Of a stretch of DNA of 63,694 nt, positions 1-12,392 are shown in pieces. Positions within the stretch are counted from its first letter, which is position 1. The number at the start of each line of letters is the position of its first letter. Where the stretch lies: assembly GCA_003427395.1 (NCBI GenBank), contig BFEA01000016.1:3488115-3551808 (forward strand), read 5' to 3'. Below the pieces are notes generated by a model. The model saw nothing but the letters and a program-made list of their open reading frames with translations. It was not told the origin of the DNA and searched no databases. Both the position numbers and the translations under genes were made by a program. Origin of the DNA: Chara braunii. Lineage: Eukaryota; Plantae; Charophyceae.

Positions 1-479
1 TTTTTTTTTTTTTTGGGCTTGTGCTCCCCAGAACCCTGACTGGGGGTGATGCCCGGCCGGCCACCCGGGCGTGTATCTGGGCACAAGTTGGGTGGCCGGG
101 CGCCTGGAAAAACAGCCTAGGTTGTGAATGTTCCATGGGCAGAGTGCCTTGTAGAGGCAGTATACATGGATTTGAAAGGGCGGGGAGGGGGGTATACATG
201 GGTTTTGAAGGGGGTTGAAAGGGGTTTTGTACCATTTTGACTTCCAAGGGGCATATTTCGGTTTGATTTTTTGTTTTTATTTTTTATTTCCGAGTTTATA
301 AGGAGTTCTGTAGTGACCCTCAGCCAAAAGATGCTCGCATTGCAATTCTGGACAACGTATTTTTTACAGAATTTTTGGAGTGTCTTTTTTTTCGGAATTT
401 TGGGCCCCCACCGAACTTGCCACCAGTTTTCTGAATATAACGCCTGGGCGTTAAAAACAAATATAACGCTCGGGTGAAG

Positions 480-1260
480 ATGGTAGCCAGACTAGACCAG
501 GCGAACTTACTAACCCACTTCAATTGCAGCGCTTTAGTTTCTTGTTTTGCGTCATTGATCCCAACCCTGCTCGGGATGGCTTCCTTGTGATGTACTGCGT
601 TTTCGGATGTAGCTCTCCTTGTTGGGATCCCCAGCCCAGAGGGAAGCTCTTTCTTTGGTGTTGGGTTCAGATGTGTTGTGGTCCTGGACTGTCCAAATGG
701 ATGGTACAAAACATGTCATGGCAAAAAATCATTAAGGCTTCACCCAACAGGGAATTGAATGTTTGATGAACTTTGATCCCATCTGCCCATTCTGTTGATC
801 GAGTTGGTTTGTAACTTAGTATGTTTGGGACCATCTGCTGGGCTGGCCTTTCCCTCATCATTGGCGTGGCCGACCTTTTCCACTGGGCCTGGAATTTGAT
901 GTGTCCCATCATCTGCGAGTGTCCACTCTATTGCCGTTTTCCAGCTCACCTTTATTCCCGATGCCAATTTGAATGCTCCAATTACCTGGCTAGTGTTCTG
1001 AAGGATGAGTCTGCGGCTCGGATGAAGTACCGTCAGGTCGTGGGTGGACATGGTTGTTGTGGGGAAATGTTAGGTGGTGGAGAGTTCCGGTATTGAATTT
1101 GGGAAGCCTTTGTGTTGACACATCTTTGCAAAGGAAGGGATGCTGTTGCTTCAATTACAAAGAAAGGTTTGTGGAGCCAGGGAGTCGCCATGACGGACTA
1201 TTCTTGAGATTGGATAGCGGTCTGACAAGTGCTGTCTTTGAACTAGTTGTGGACCAGCCT
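480..1260 (-). pseudogene. Decayed LINE (L1-like) reverse transcriptase C-terminal fragment
   Basis: Broken minus-strand frames give QVIGAFKLASGIKVSWKT and RVGINDAKQETKALQLKWVSKF, resembling the LINE motifs F..aSGlk.N..KS and GGlGi.d......Al..KW. Frameshifted; boundaries approximate. Confidence 0.45.
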
Positions 1261-1539
1261 TTTTTTTTGCCCCCCTTTAACTAGGAAGGTTCTCACCCCC
1301 CCCGGTCCTGCCCGGGCGTGACACCCCGGGGGGGTCTGACAATTTCCTTTTTTGCGAGTTGGCTATCAAGGGGGGGGAGGGGGGTATGAATTGGTTTTAA
1401 AGAGGCTGAAGGGGTATAAAGTGGGGTCCTTAGTGTGATTCTGTTATTTTCTTTTTTATCTCCGATTCTGCCAGGAATTTTAATGTGACCCTCAGCCAAA
1501 AGTCGTTTGTATTGCAATTCTACACAACGTATCTCCAAT

Positions 1540-1782
1540 TATTCTGTGAGTATAGAGTTTTCCATCTGGTGTGGGTGAGTGATAGTCTACTTTGATTTTG
1601 GTTACAGTGTAATCAGTGAGGGGATTCTGCAGACTGTTGAGTGTTCAGCCTCCTGATGAGTCGGTGAAACTCCGACGAAACAGTTTGTCACAGCCCCTCG
1701 TTTGTTGTCCTCTTCGCTCTCTCTGCCTACGGTTTACTGGGCAGTTCTATTTGTGACGATATATATATATGATATATATGTA
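1540..1782 (+). mobile_element. Longest copy of hammerhead-carrying non-autonomous retroposon, ending in GACGAT(AT)n
   Basis: Its 3' part recurs at 2160-2235, 3258-3299, 12556-12605 and 29494-29606 with the same 3' end. The 5' boundary is approximate. Confidence 0.65.
1618..1699 (+). ncRNA. Type III hammerhead ribozyme (intact core, GUU cleavage triplet, predicted cut after 1638)
   Basis: Stem III GCAGACTGT(1629-37)/ACAGTTTGT(1680-88); stem I GAG/CTC with loop TGTTCAGC; core CTGATGA 1653-59; stem II GTCGG/CCGAC; GAAA 1677-80; outer helix GAGGGG(1618-23)/CCCCTC(1694-99). Confidence 0.88.
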
Positions 1783-2598
1783 TAGGGTTGCCAGGCCGAA
1801 CGTACGGAGGCTCCTAAGCGGACCCCCGAACGTCCAGGCGCTCGGGTCCCCGTATGGGGCCCGAACCTGAAAGGGTTCGGACCGCGCAAAAAAATATTCT
1901 GGCACCTAAATGTAATTATTTTTCTCTGAAATGTTTTGTGTGAGTTCTTTGTGATGTAAGGTATCTCCCTCATAATATTGAAGCCATTCTGTTCAGCCAA
2001 AAAAACATGAAAAATTGGCGAAGATGATGGTGTCAAAACTTGCTTCCCCACTCACTGATTTGTTTTTTCTCTCTTTTCTCTTTCTGTTTTTCCTTCATTT
2101 CGGGGCATGAAAAAAAATATTATTTTTTCGAACTTTATCTGTAAATTCTCCATTATGTTCAGCCCCTCGTTTGTTGTCCTCTTCTCTCTCTCTGCCTACG
2201 GTTTACCGGGCAGTTCTATTTGTGACGATATATAGATTTGTCACAGCCAAAACAAAATGAAAAATCGCCAAAGGTGGCAGTGTCAAAAACGTGCGCGCTC
2301 ACTCAATAATTTCATTCTCGTTTTTTTTTCCTAATTTTCATTATTATTATTTATTTTTAGTATTTGATTTTTTATGTCAAATTTGGTAAAGAATTTGGAT
2401 GTAACGTTGAGGCAAATGTTGTTTAGTTTATTCTTCTGCATAACATATATATTTTTCAGATTTTTTTGAATTCTTTTCTTTTCTGTTTTTTTTTTTGGTC
2501 CGTGTTCGGCCGAACGGCCAAACGCATCGAGAGGGGGTCCCGAACGTTTGGGCGTTCGGGTTCGGGCGTTCAGCCTGTCCCGAACGCCGGCAACCCTG
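1783..2598. mobile_element. hAT-like MITE inserted in the (TA)n tail of the ribozyme element
   Basis: TIRs TAGGGTTGCC/GGCAACCCTG; 8-bp flanks TATATGTA/TATATATA; highly similar copy at 5231-6013. Confidence 0.8.
2160..2235 (+). mobile_element. 5'-truncated ribozyme-element tail inserted inside the MITE
   Basis: Nearly identical to 1691-1765; absent from the homologous site of the MITE copy near 5608-5637. Confidence 0.8.
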
Positions 2599-3240
2599 TA
2601 TATATATATTTAACTTTGTGTGTACCCTGCACCCTAACCCCTCAAAGGAAAAGTCCAGAGGGTGAAAATGAGAATGAAAAATGAAGAAGTGCAGGTGCGC
2701 TTAAAACCGAACGTGGTAGACTCTTCACCAAAACTGCAAAACTGTGAAAGAAAGAAGAATGCAGTAAAAGAAAGAAGATATTTGTGTCAATTTTTTATTT
2801 TTATTTTTTTCCTCCCTCTGCCTATCAGTTTTCCTTTTCTGCTCCTCTCTTCCTTGTGTTCAACACGTCTTCCTTCACTCTGCCTCTTTCCCATAGCGTG
2901 CAAGTGGGCTGTTATGGCATACGGGGATGGGGGCAGCTGGCGCTCAACTTCATCAACGTGGCGAGCCTTGTATGTTGGAGGCAAGGTGGAGGCGGCGTTA
3001 AGAAGACTGAGAAACTGAATGATTTCAATGTGTCTTTGTTTTTTATTTTTATCCCTTGTTCAGTGTATTTTTTTTTTGTAAAACACTGAAAGAAATAAGA
3101 ATACAGTGAAACAAAGAATAAGAGGACACTGTTTTGTGTCATTCTGGTTTGTCTGTCTCTACCTGTCTGTGCTTTCATTTTTCTTTTCTTCGCTCATCTT
3201 ATTTCTTCTTCTACTTTACGTGCTTACTCTCTTAGTCAAT

Positions 3241-3321
3241 AGTTCTGTGACAATATAGCCTATGGTTTACCGGGCAGTTCTGTTTGTGACGATATATATG
3301 CTGACAATATATAGATATATA
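3241..3321 (+). mobile_element. Tandem short 3'-tail copies of the ribozyme element
   Basis: AGTTCTGTGACAATATA + GCCTATGGTTTACCGGGCAGTTCTGTTTGTGACGATATATAT + TGACAATATATAG. Confidence 0.65.
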
Positions 3322-4180
3322 TTTGGTGCTGAGGCTCCCGGGAACCCTGCCTGGGGGTCATGCCCGGCCAGGCACGCGGGCGTGTACCTGGGCATAGGTT
3401 GGGTGCCCGGGCGCCCGTAAAAACAGCCTAGCCCCTAAGCAAGCAGGGCGCCAACCTTCAGTTGGGTACCAACTTTCATCCACCCCCCCGAATTAGCAGG
3501 GCGTTATGGTGCTGGCTGTTTTCTATTCTGAAACTTCTGTATATACATGTCTGTGCTGTTGCGGAACATCTCCAATCTTAGCTGTCTGACCCACATGAGT
3601 CTAGGCACGATTCAGTGAGGCTGTGGCAGGTTTTGTCTATGGCTGGGGATATATGATTTTTTTATCGGGGAAGTGGTTGTGTTTCTCTCCGATTCTCTCC
3701 ATGTCTCTCTCTTTCTCTGTTTCTCTCCATCTCTCATGTCTCGCTCTGTGTCTCTATTGCTCTTTGCCTATCTCTGTTGCCTCTATATTTCTCTGTGTCT
3801 CTCGTTCTGACTTGGTGAAGTGCGAGTGGTTGGTATGCTGGCTTAAGCCGCCTGCTAGCAGCCCAATTTGATTGTAGTGCTGGTTAACGAGGAAGCATGT
3901 ACTGGCCTGCCGGTGGCAGGCCAGTGCATGGAAAGTGGAGCTGCAAACTTAGCGGCAGGGGTCTGGCGGCAGTGGTTTATTGTTCGAGGAGTGAGATTTT
4001 CTTTGTATGGCTTTTGCTTCGATATCCCAACACAGAAGTGCTTTTACACATGAGCGTGTTGTGTTTTAGTGGCTATGGATTGTCAATAAATCTTCACATT
4101 GGATTGCGGTTCTCTTTGAATACCATAGAGCATTAGGCTGAATTGATCGATCTGCGTGTTGCTGTTTCTTTAGTCCACAG

Positions 4181-4443
4181 GCAAGGGCGCTCTCTGCTCG
4201 AACAGTACAGTTTACACAAATTCAACAAAGTACAAGAGGTATAGCTGCACGCTGACCCCAGGACCTGCAAGCGAATTTGTAAGGGAGAATGTGGACATAT
4301 TCTGCAACAAGTCGGAAAGTTTTTGCAAGATCAACATGCAGCTAAAAGATGGAGGTGATCTCGAGTGTTCAAGTCCAGCCTGTGGTATGAAAGATGGTGC
4401 CAGTGACTTCGATTGCGTTAATGTGAACTGCACCTGTAATAAG
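4181..4443 (+). CDS. ABCG transporter gene, first visible (internal) exon, Cys-rich extracellular region
   Basis: CACAG|GC acceptor and AAG|GTACGA donor. Open frame KGALCSNSTVYTNSTKYKRYSCTL...CNKSESFCKINM...ECSSPACGM...FDCVNVNCTCNK ends in phase 0, matching the 17019 exon. Confidence 0.8.
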
Positions 4444-5230
4444 GTACGAATGGATGGAGCTCATCATTGAAGTCGTAGCTCTTTGTCAGATGATGACAAA
4501 TGTTGGATCTGGATACACTTGCAGCTGATCCCAGAGGCTGCAAACCACCTCTTAACAGTTATGTTGTAAACAGGGTAGTTTTGGTGCCTACCGCGGATGC
4601 GCACCCTAGGCAGTAGGCGTGCCTACCAGTCGGGCCGACTCGCACGTGGACCCGTCGGCGGTAGGCAGACTGCCTTTGTTTTTTTTTTTTTTTTTTTTTT
4701 TTTCTGATTGCATGGTAGTGCACGGCTTGAGGAGAGCAGCTCAAATCCGCAATAGGGGGAGGTATAGGGGGGTTATAGGCTAAGTAGCAAGGATTACCTG
4801 GCCGGATAATCTGGTCGGAATATCTGGCCAGATTATCCGGGGGTGCGATTATTCGGAAATCCGGATATTAAAAAAAGGCCCAAAAAGAAAAAGTGATATT
4901 GCGCATTAAAATACAACAACCTATGCTCTTAGTTCATAAAAAGCTTGATTGGTCACCAAAGGGTTCAAAGGGCATATAGATATAGGGAATTACGGGGGTT
5001 AGAGGGGGGTTGCTCAATTTTATTGTCTCAATATTGTTTAATTATTTTGTTTTATTTTGGTTGCGATATCAAAGATGATATAAAGCCAAAAGTTGTTCGT
5101 ATTATTTTAATTTTATTTATATCTACAACCAGGGTCACCAGCCGGTATGTACGGAGGTCCCCAGGCCGACCTCCGTACGTTCGGGGTCCGAACCCGAAGG
5201 CGTTTGGCCCCCGCCAAAAATTATTTCGGC

Positions 5231-6013
5231 CACTGTTGCCAGGCCGAACGTACGGAGGCCCGTAAGCTGACCCACGAACGTTCGGGCGTTCGGGTCCCCG
5301 TACGGGGCCCGAACCTGAAGGGGTTTGGACCCCGCAAAAAAATATTTTGGCACCTAAATATTATTATTTTTTTCTGATTTTTTTTTGTTTGAGTTCTTTG
5401 TGATGTAAGGTATCTCCATCTTAATTTGAAAGCCATTCTGTTCAGCCAAAAAAACATGAAAAATTGGCAAAGATGGTGGTGTCAAAACTCGTTTGCCCAC
5501 TCACTAATTTGTTTTTTTCTCTCTTTTCACTTTTTGTTTTTCTTTTATTCCGGGGCATGAAAAAAATTATTATTTTTTCAAACTTTATTTGTAAATTCTC
5601 TATTATGTAAGCTACACATATATAAAATTTCATGGCATTTGTCACAGCCAAAACAAAATGAAAAATCGCCAAAGATGGCGATGTCAAAAACGTGCTCGCC
5701 CACTCACTCGCCCACTCGATAATTTCATTCTCGTTTTTTTTCTTAACCTTCATTATTATTATTTATTTTTAGTATTGGATTTTTATGTCAAATTTGGTAA
5801 AGAATTTGGATGTAACGTTGAGGCAAATGTTGTTTAGTTTATTCTTCTGCATAACATTATTTTTTTTTTCAGATTTTTTGGAATTCTTTTTTTTTTCTTT
5901 TTTTTTCTTTGGATCCGCGTTCGGCCGAACGACCGAACGTGTCGAGAGGGGGTCCCTAACGTTCCGGCGTTCGGGTTCGGGTGTTCGGCCCGTCCCGAAC
6001 GCCGCCAACCCTG
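5231..6013. mobile_element. hAT-like MITE nested in a related element starting at 5130
   Basis: Ends CACTGTTGCC/GCCAACCCTG; TSD ATTTCGGC/ATTTCGGG; homologous to 1783-2598. Confidence 0.8.
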
Positions 6014-6584
6014 ATTTCGGGGCCTAAAAATACATTTTTTTTTTCAGAATTTTTTTCTGAGAGTTCTCTATGATGTGAGGTACATGCCTATAAATTTTGG
6101 TTTGCTGAGCCAAATAAAATCAAAACGTGCTCGCCCACTAATCAATTTTATTATTTTTTAAAACTTTTTTAGTGAGTTTTTTTTTTTTTTTGTGTAAAGA
6201 AAATCATCTTTTATAAAACCAGGAAACGGGCCCGGCGTCCCTCACATGAATTCCGTAGCCAAACCAGGCTGGAAAGGCACTTTCGGCCAGTCCCATCCCC
6301 AACCACGAACCTCCAATAGTGAAGACGGCTGTCTTCAGCCCGTCCCGTGCAAATCTGTAGTTGCTAAGTTTATGTCAATACTAATGTAGAATTTAATCCT
6401 ATTCCAATATATCCATTAATTCTATATTATCAAAACAACCACACAGATTCCTGACCTATTCCCTGACACAATTACCGTAATCATCCCAAACCCTAGGTTA
6501 TCTACAAAGCAACAACCGTAATCATGACTAATTCCCAACACAAAATAAATTCCCAATTAAGGACTAATTAACTAAAACCAAAAA

Positions 6585-7040
6585 ATCGTCAAAAAGTCTA
6601 AATCACCTCGAAAATTACACCCAATTTCGAGCAAAGCAGATTTCCAATAAACCGAATGTCCCACTCTCTCCGAGCCATCAGCCAAAGGGAAATTCAGTCA
6701 ATAGACGACAGAGGGAGGCAAGCCTACTGTGGGCTGCAGCAGAAGAAGATAGTCCAAAATGACATCCCTAACCCTCTAAAATTAAACCCAATTTCGAACT
6801 AAGCAGATTTCCAATAAGCAGAACGTCCAAAATGACATCCCTAACCCTAAACCTAAAAGCCGTCAAGAAATGTAAATCACCTAAAAAATTAAACCCAATT
6901 TCGAACTAAGCAGATTTCCAATAAGCAGAATGTCCTACTCTCTCCGATCCAACAGCCAAAGAGAATTTCAGTCAAAAGATGACAAAGGGAGGCAAAACTA
7001 CTGTGGCTGCAGCAGAAGAAGATTGTCCAAAATGACATGC
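6585..7040. repeat. Imperfect tandem duplication with telomere-like CCCTAA/CCCTAAA motifs
   Basis: Units ~6585-6830 and ~6860-7040 share CCCAATTTCGA..AAGCAGATTTCCAATAA; CCCTAACCCTAAACCTAAA lies at ~6839-6857. Confidence 0.6.
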
Positions 7041-8052
7041 TTGATGGGGGACAACATCAAGCCTGTCATTCTAGATGATCTTCAGGATATCATCCGATTA
7101 TAAATGGCAGGTCCATTAACCAGTCTCATCCCTAACCGTAAAACAAACACCATCGAAGTGATGGGCAGCAAATCACCAACTTATCAATAGAAACCCTAAG
7201 ATCCACACATGGGCAGTGAAAAAACCAGTCAAGACGATCAAGCAGGTGTCGACATAAGTGCAGACCACACCACAATACCGAATCAGCAGCGGTGCCATTG
7301 CAATCGTACCAGGAACCTGTGAAACATCCGTCGTGGCCATCCGAATTCACGGCAGCCAAAAAGCCCCAACAACTCTCTTGTTCGGAAAACTGCATGTAGT
7401 CATACAGTCGTCTACAATCAAGTCAATGGCCAACGAAATTGTCCTAATCAAGCACAGCCAACCCTCTATCGCCTGCGCAACGCACAGCACATAGCATGGT
7501 CCGCTGGAGGAGGCACACCAATTCATCTTCTCGCCAATCAACAGCAAACCACTATTCACATGCCTCTCCTTCATTCTCCTGTCGGGTCCTAGCCGCCCCT
7601 CAAAAAATAACGGGGTGATTTTTAAGTGTTCTTTCACCCCACCGGACATGGCCTAGAGGTCCAGACACAAGACACTGCAGGTTTTTGAGGTGGCGGGTTT
7701 CGCACAGGCCCGAGCAATTTCAAAGGGGCCGTTTCAACGTGGCGCCCTCCGCTCCTGGCCGTTAGGGGGAGGGAGGGAGAGAGAGAGAGAGAGAGAGAGA
7801 ATCTAATCTCCCCTCCCCCCCCCAGCACACGATCAAGTGTAGTATCTGTTTCGATCAGTTTCATTTCCGATCTTCTCACATCATCGAGCCATACTATCTG
7901 CTCCGTTCAGTTTCATGTAGTATCTGCTTCGATCACATAGCCGATCTTCTCCCATGATCAAGCGTATTATCTGCTCCGTTCAGTTTCATATCTTATCCAT
8001 GGTCTATCAAGGCCTTTTTATTTTATAAAAGAAATAAAAAAGCACGTGCGTG

Positions 8053-8094
<42 letters not shown>

Positions 8095-8517
8095 CTATCG
8101 AGATGGTTTAAATGNNNNNNNNNNNNNNNNNNNNNNNNNNNNNNNNNNNNNNNNNNNNNNNNNNNNNNNNNNNNNNNNNNNNNNNNNNNNNNNNNNNNNN
8201 NNNNNNNNNNNNNNNNNNNNNNNNNNNNNNNNNNNNNNNNNNNNNNNNNNNNNNNNNNNNNNNNNNNNNNNNNNNNNNNNNNNNNNNNNNNNNNNNNNNN
8301 NNNNNNNNNNNNNNNNNNNNNNNNNNNNNNNNNNNNNNNNNNNNNNNNNNNNNNNNNNNNNNNNNNNNNNNNNNNNNNNNNNNNNNNNNNNNNNNNNNNN
8401 NNNNNNNNNNNNNNNNNNNNNNNNNNNNNNNNNNNNNNNNNNNNNNNNNNNNNNNNNNNNNNNNNNNNNNNNNNNNNNNNNNNNNNNNNNNNNNNNNNNN
8501 NNNNNNNNNNNNNNNNN

Positions 8518-8553
<36 letters not shown>

Positions 8554-8822
8554 AACTACGCGGCTCCCCCCACCCCCCAACCACAGACACGATCAAGTGT
8601 AGTATCTGCTTATTGGTTTCATATCCGATCCTCTCTCTCCGCACGATCTAGCGTAGTATTTGCGTATTTGCTCCGTTAGGTTTCATATCTGATCCGCGGT
8701 CCATCTAGATCTATTTTGATTTTTTAAAAAGGAAAAAAAGCACGCGAACACGCACGCACGCGCAAGAGAGATAGATAGATAAATAGATAGATAGATAGAG
8801 ATAGATAGATACATAGAGAGAG

Positions 8823-8854
<32 letters not shown>

Positions 8855-9209
8855 AACCCAATCTAACCCAACTATGCGCCTCCCCCCCACATACATGGAA
8901 ACACAATCAAGGGTAGTATCTGCTTCGATCAGTTTCATATCCATCCACTCCCCGCACGATCAAGCGTAGTATCTGCTCCGTGCGGATTCATATCTGATCC
9001 ATGAGAGAGAGAGAGAACCAAATCTAACCCAACTATGCGCCTCCCCCCCACAGACATGGAAACACGATCAAGGGTAGTATCTGCTTCGATCAGTTTCATA
9101 TCCGATCCTCTCCCCGCACGATCAAGCGTGGTATCTGCTCCGTTCGGATTCATATCTGATCCATGGTCTATCGAGACCTTTTTCATTAAAAAAAAAAAAA
9201 AAAGCATGT

Positions 9210-9243
<34 letters not shown>

Positions 9244-11393
9244 CCAATCTCCCCCCCCCCACCACCAACACACGATCAAGTGTAGTATCTGCTCCGCTCA
9301 GTTTCATATCTGATCTGTGGTCCATCGATACCTTTTTTTTTTAAAAGAAGAAAAGCACGTGCGAATGCGTGCGCGCACGGGCGCGTGAGAGAGAGAGAGA
9401 GAGAGAGAGAGAACCCAATCTAACTAGCTATGCGCATCCCCCCTCCTCCCAACGATCAAGCGTAGTATCTGCTCTGTTCAGTTTCATATCTTATCCATGG
9501 TCTATCAAGGCCTTTTTATTTTATAAAAGCAATAAAAAAGCACGTGCGTGCACCTATCGCCTACGGTAGGCGTCGGCGGTAGGTGCCAAAACTACCCTGT
9601 TTTTTTCCCTACAAAAAAAAAATCAAAAAAATCTGAAAAACAAATGTTGTTGACAGGGTAACCGACGTTTGGTACGGGCCGAACACCCCCGAACGCGAAC
9701 GTACGGGACCCCTTGGGGATGCGTTCAGCCGCTCGGCTCTAACGTGGACCCAAAAAAAAAAAAAAAAAAAAAAAAAANNNNNNNNNNNNNNNNNNNNNNN
9801 NNNNNNNAAAGCTCTGGACGTGATTGCAGCTGTATACATTCTCGGAAGTGTTAGTGTGAGTGTGCCCTCAGTGAGGGCATCTCAGCCCCGTGGCCAGGTT
9901 GTCAGAGGCCAGAAACTCAGAAAAAAAAAAACAGACAGGAACACGGATTTGGCGGTGAAAATGGCAAGATACATTCCCGTAAGTGCCAGTGTGATCAGGG
10001 TTACAATCCCGCAAATCACGGATTCAGATTGTCAGATTCCAGAAAAAGAGAACAAGAAAAAAGAAATGGAAACACGGATTCGGCCTTGAAAACGGCTGGA
10101 TACATCAGGGTTACAATCATCCGAGGAAACACAGCTAGAGCAGATCACGGATTCCGCCCTGCCTCGTTGGCAGGGGACACATAACAAACAAAAGAGAAAA
10201 AAAAATAAAGAAAACAACAAGTTCAGAATGTGACTGTCTTTGTTGTAAGATGCATTCAAGACTGTGAGCACAGCCTCCTAGACTACCCTGCCCGACATCA
10301 TTGCAGTACAAAGGCCTTTTTTTTTTCATTTTTCTTTCGTGCACGGCAAAAGAAAACTACGATTTTTGGGACATCGTCGACCCTGTGTCCGAACCCCGAA
10401 AACTTCGGGTACTGGCCAGGACAACGTAATTTCCCAACACTGGCGGAGGTACTGGTGGTTTAGGAAGAAAAATAAACTAAACAACATTTGCCTGAGCATT
10501 ACATCCAAATTCCTTACCAAATTTGAAATAAAAATAAAATACAGAGAATAAAACTAATAATAAAAGTATAAAAATAAGAAAAAAATGAAAAGAGAATTAA
10601 AATTAGTGAGTGAATGAGCACGTTTTCGACACGCCCATCTTTCGCGATTTTTATTTTTTTTCTCTGGCACAGCCAAATGCCCTGAAAATTTACAGATGTG
10701 TACTTCACATAATACAAAACTCGCTAAAAAACTCTTTCAACAGGTCACAGCGCTGTGTTAGCGCTGAGTTAGCGCTGTGTTAGCGCTGCATTAGCATTGC
10801 ACTGTGGATTCACCGGCTCTGAATTTTTAAACACTACGGACGCCGGGAGTATGAGGGGAGGGTAACTCCCCTGCGACCGAATAGCGTTGTCATTGTCCCT
10901 CTCATGATCCCTCCCCCTTGCCAGGTTGGCAGGCATGGGTGGGATTTGGACGCCGCCGCTCATATCAGTATTATGAACAGGTCAGGGCATTCGCCTTGGT
11001 CACAGATATGGAGCTTCCATGAATACATCGCTGCTGCGTCAGCCTTGTCGGCTACTCTCCCTGTATTGATCGTGGGAATCATCTGCGTGAAGGAGAGGCA
11101 GATGAAGAGTGGGTTGCTGTTGATTGGCGAGAAGACGAATTGGTGTGCGTCATAACCTGCTAGGAGATTAGACCTAGAGGGGGTGGCGGCGAATGTGTTA
11201 CGAAGAGGGGTGGTTTGCAGCTAACTGTGGGTGCAACTACGACGTGTGTTCTTCCATTCAAGATGTGCAGAGGAGCAAGGTGTCGACTACCCAGGGCTTT
11301 TTTTTTTTTGCACGAGGCGCCTCCATCCAGACATGGGGACCGGACACCGGACTGTCTGGAACCCGGTCCGGATGTCCGGGCGGTTACCATGGT

Positions 11394-11441
<48 letters not shown>

Positions 11442-11630
11442 AGGCACGGCGCATGCGCTCTTCCGGATTTTCCTTCGTTTTTTTCCAATGGTTTGGCGCA
11501 TCCTTGTGGATTTTCCATTATTGTTTTACGTTTTTTTTGTGGTCCCGATGCACCACGGATCACGTATGAAACTGATGGGGACAGATAATACTCTTGATGG
11601 TGGTGGGGGAGGGGCGTCCTAAATAGTTAG

Positions 11631-11705
<75 letters not shown>

Positions 11706-12354
11706 CAGGCACGGCGCATGCGCTCTTCCGGATTTTCCTTCGTTTTTTTCCAGTGGTCTGGCACATCCTTGCGGATTTTCCATTATTTTTTACTTTTCTT
11801 TGGTGGTCCCGATGCACCACGGATCACATATGAAACTGATCGGGACAGATAATACTCTTGATGGTGGTGGGGGAGGGGCGCCCTAAATAGTTAGGGTTTC
11901 TCTCTCTCTCTCACTCTCTCTCGCGCGTGCGCGCGCACGTGTGCCTGTTTTTTCGATTTATTCAGCAGCCCACATCTGCAATAATTTTTTTCGGGAATGG
12001 TGGGATTTATAGGGGAGGTATTGGGGGTCTATAGGGGGGTTGTAGAGGGTTAAGACGGGGGCTATGGGGGTGTAGATGGGGTTATTTAGGGTTGTAGACC
12101 CCTTTTTTTTCCGGGGTGCCTACCAGCCGCCGACCGGTCGGCACCGACGGAGTCTACCTTCGGCTGGTCAGCTGCTGACGGGTTCAGGGCCGCCGACTGT
12201 CGGCATGACTACCCTGGAAAAAACCCTATTTTCCGCAGGGCCTCTATATCCGTAATTGATCCGGAAATTATTTTCATCAAGTTAATTGCAGATTTGTCGT
12301 ATCTAGAGTCTTTCTGCTTTGCTCTTTGTTTTTCTCTCTTTTTCAGTTTTCATC

Positions 12355-12392
12355 CTGTCTCTTATACACATCTAGATGTGTATAAGAGACAG
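12355..12392. other. Nextera mate-pair junction adapter (assembly artefact)
   Basis: Exact CTGTCTCTTATACACATCTAGATGTGTATAAGAGACAG (two inverted Tn5 mosaic ends). Confidence 0.98.

Noticed and set aside
2897-4050. Candidate upstream ABCG exons (2897-2985, 3868-4050)
   Set aside because: No convincing signal peptide or EGF-like Cys spacing together with a phase-1 donor; left unassigned.
6765-6860. Interstitial telomere
   Set aside because: Only two or three mixed CCCTAA/CCCTAAA units inside a larger duplicated unit.
7790-9540. CRISPR-like array of conserved repeats with spacers
   Set aside because: Spacers are microsatellites or mutually similar and vary widely in length; the repeats are degenerate; no cas genes; eukaryotic intron context.
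12355-12392. Tn5/IS50 transposon ends suggesting bacterial gene transfer
   Set aside because: The hyperactive mosaic end in back-to-back arrangement is a synthetic library adapter.
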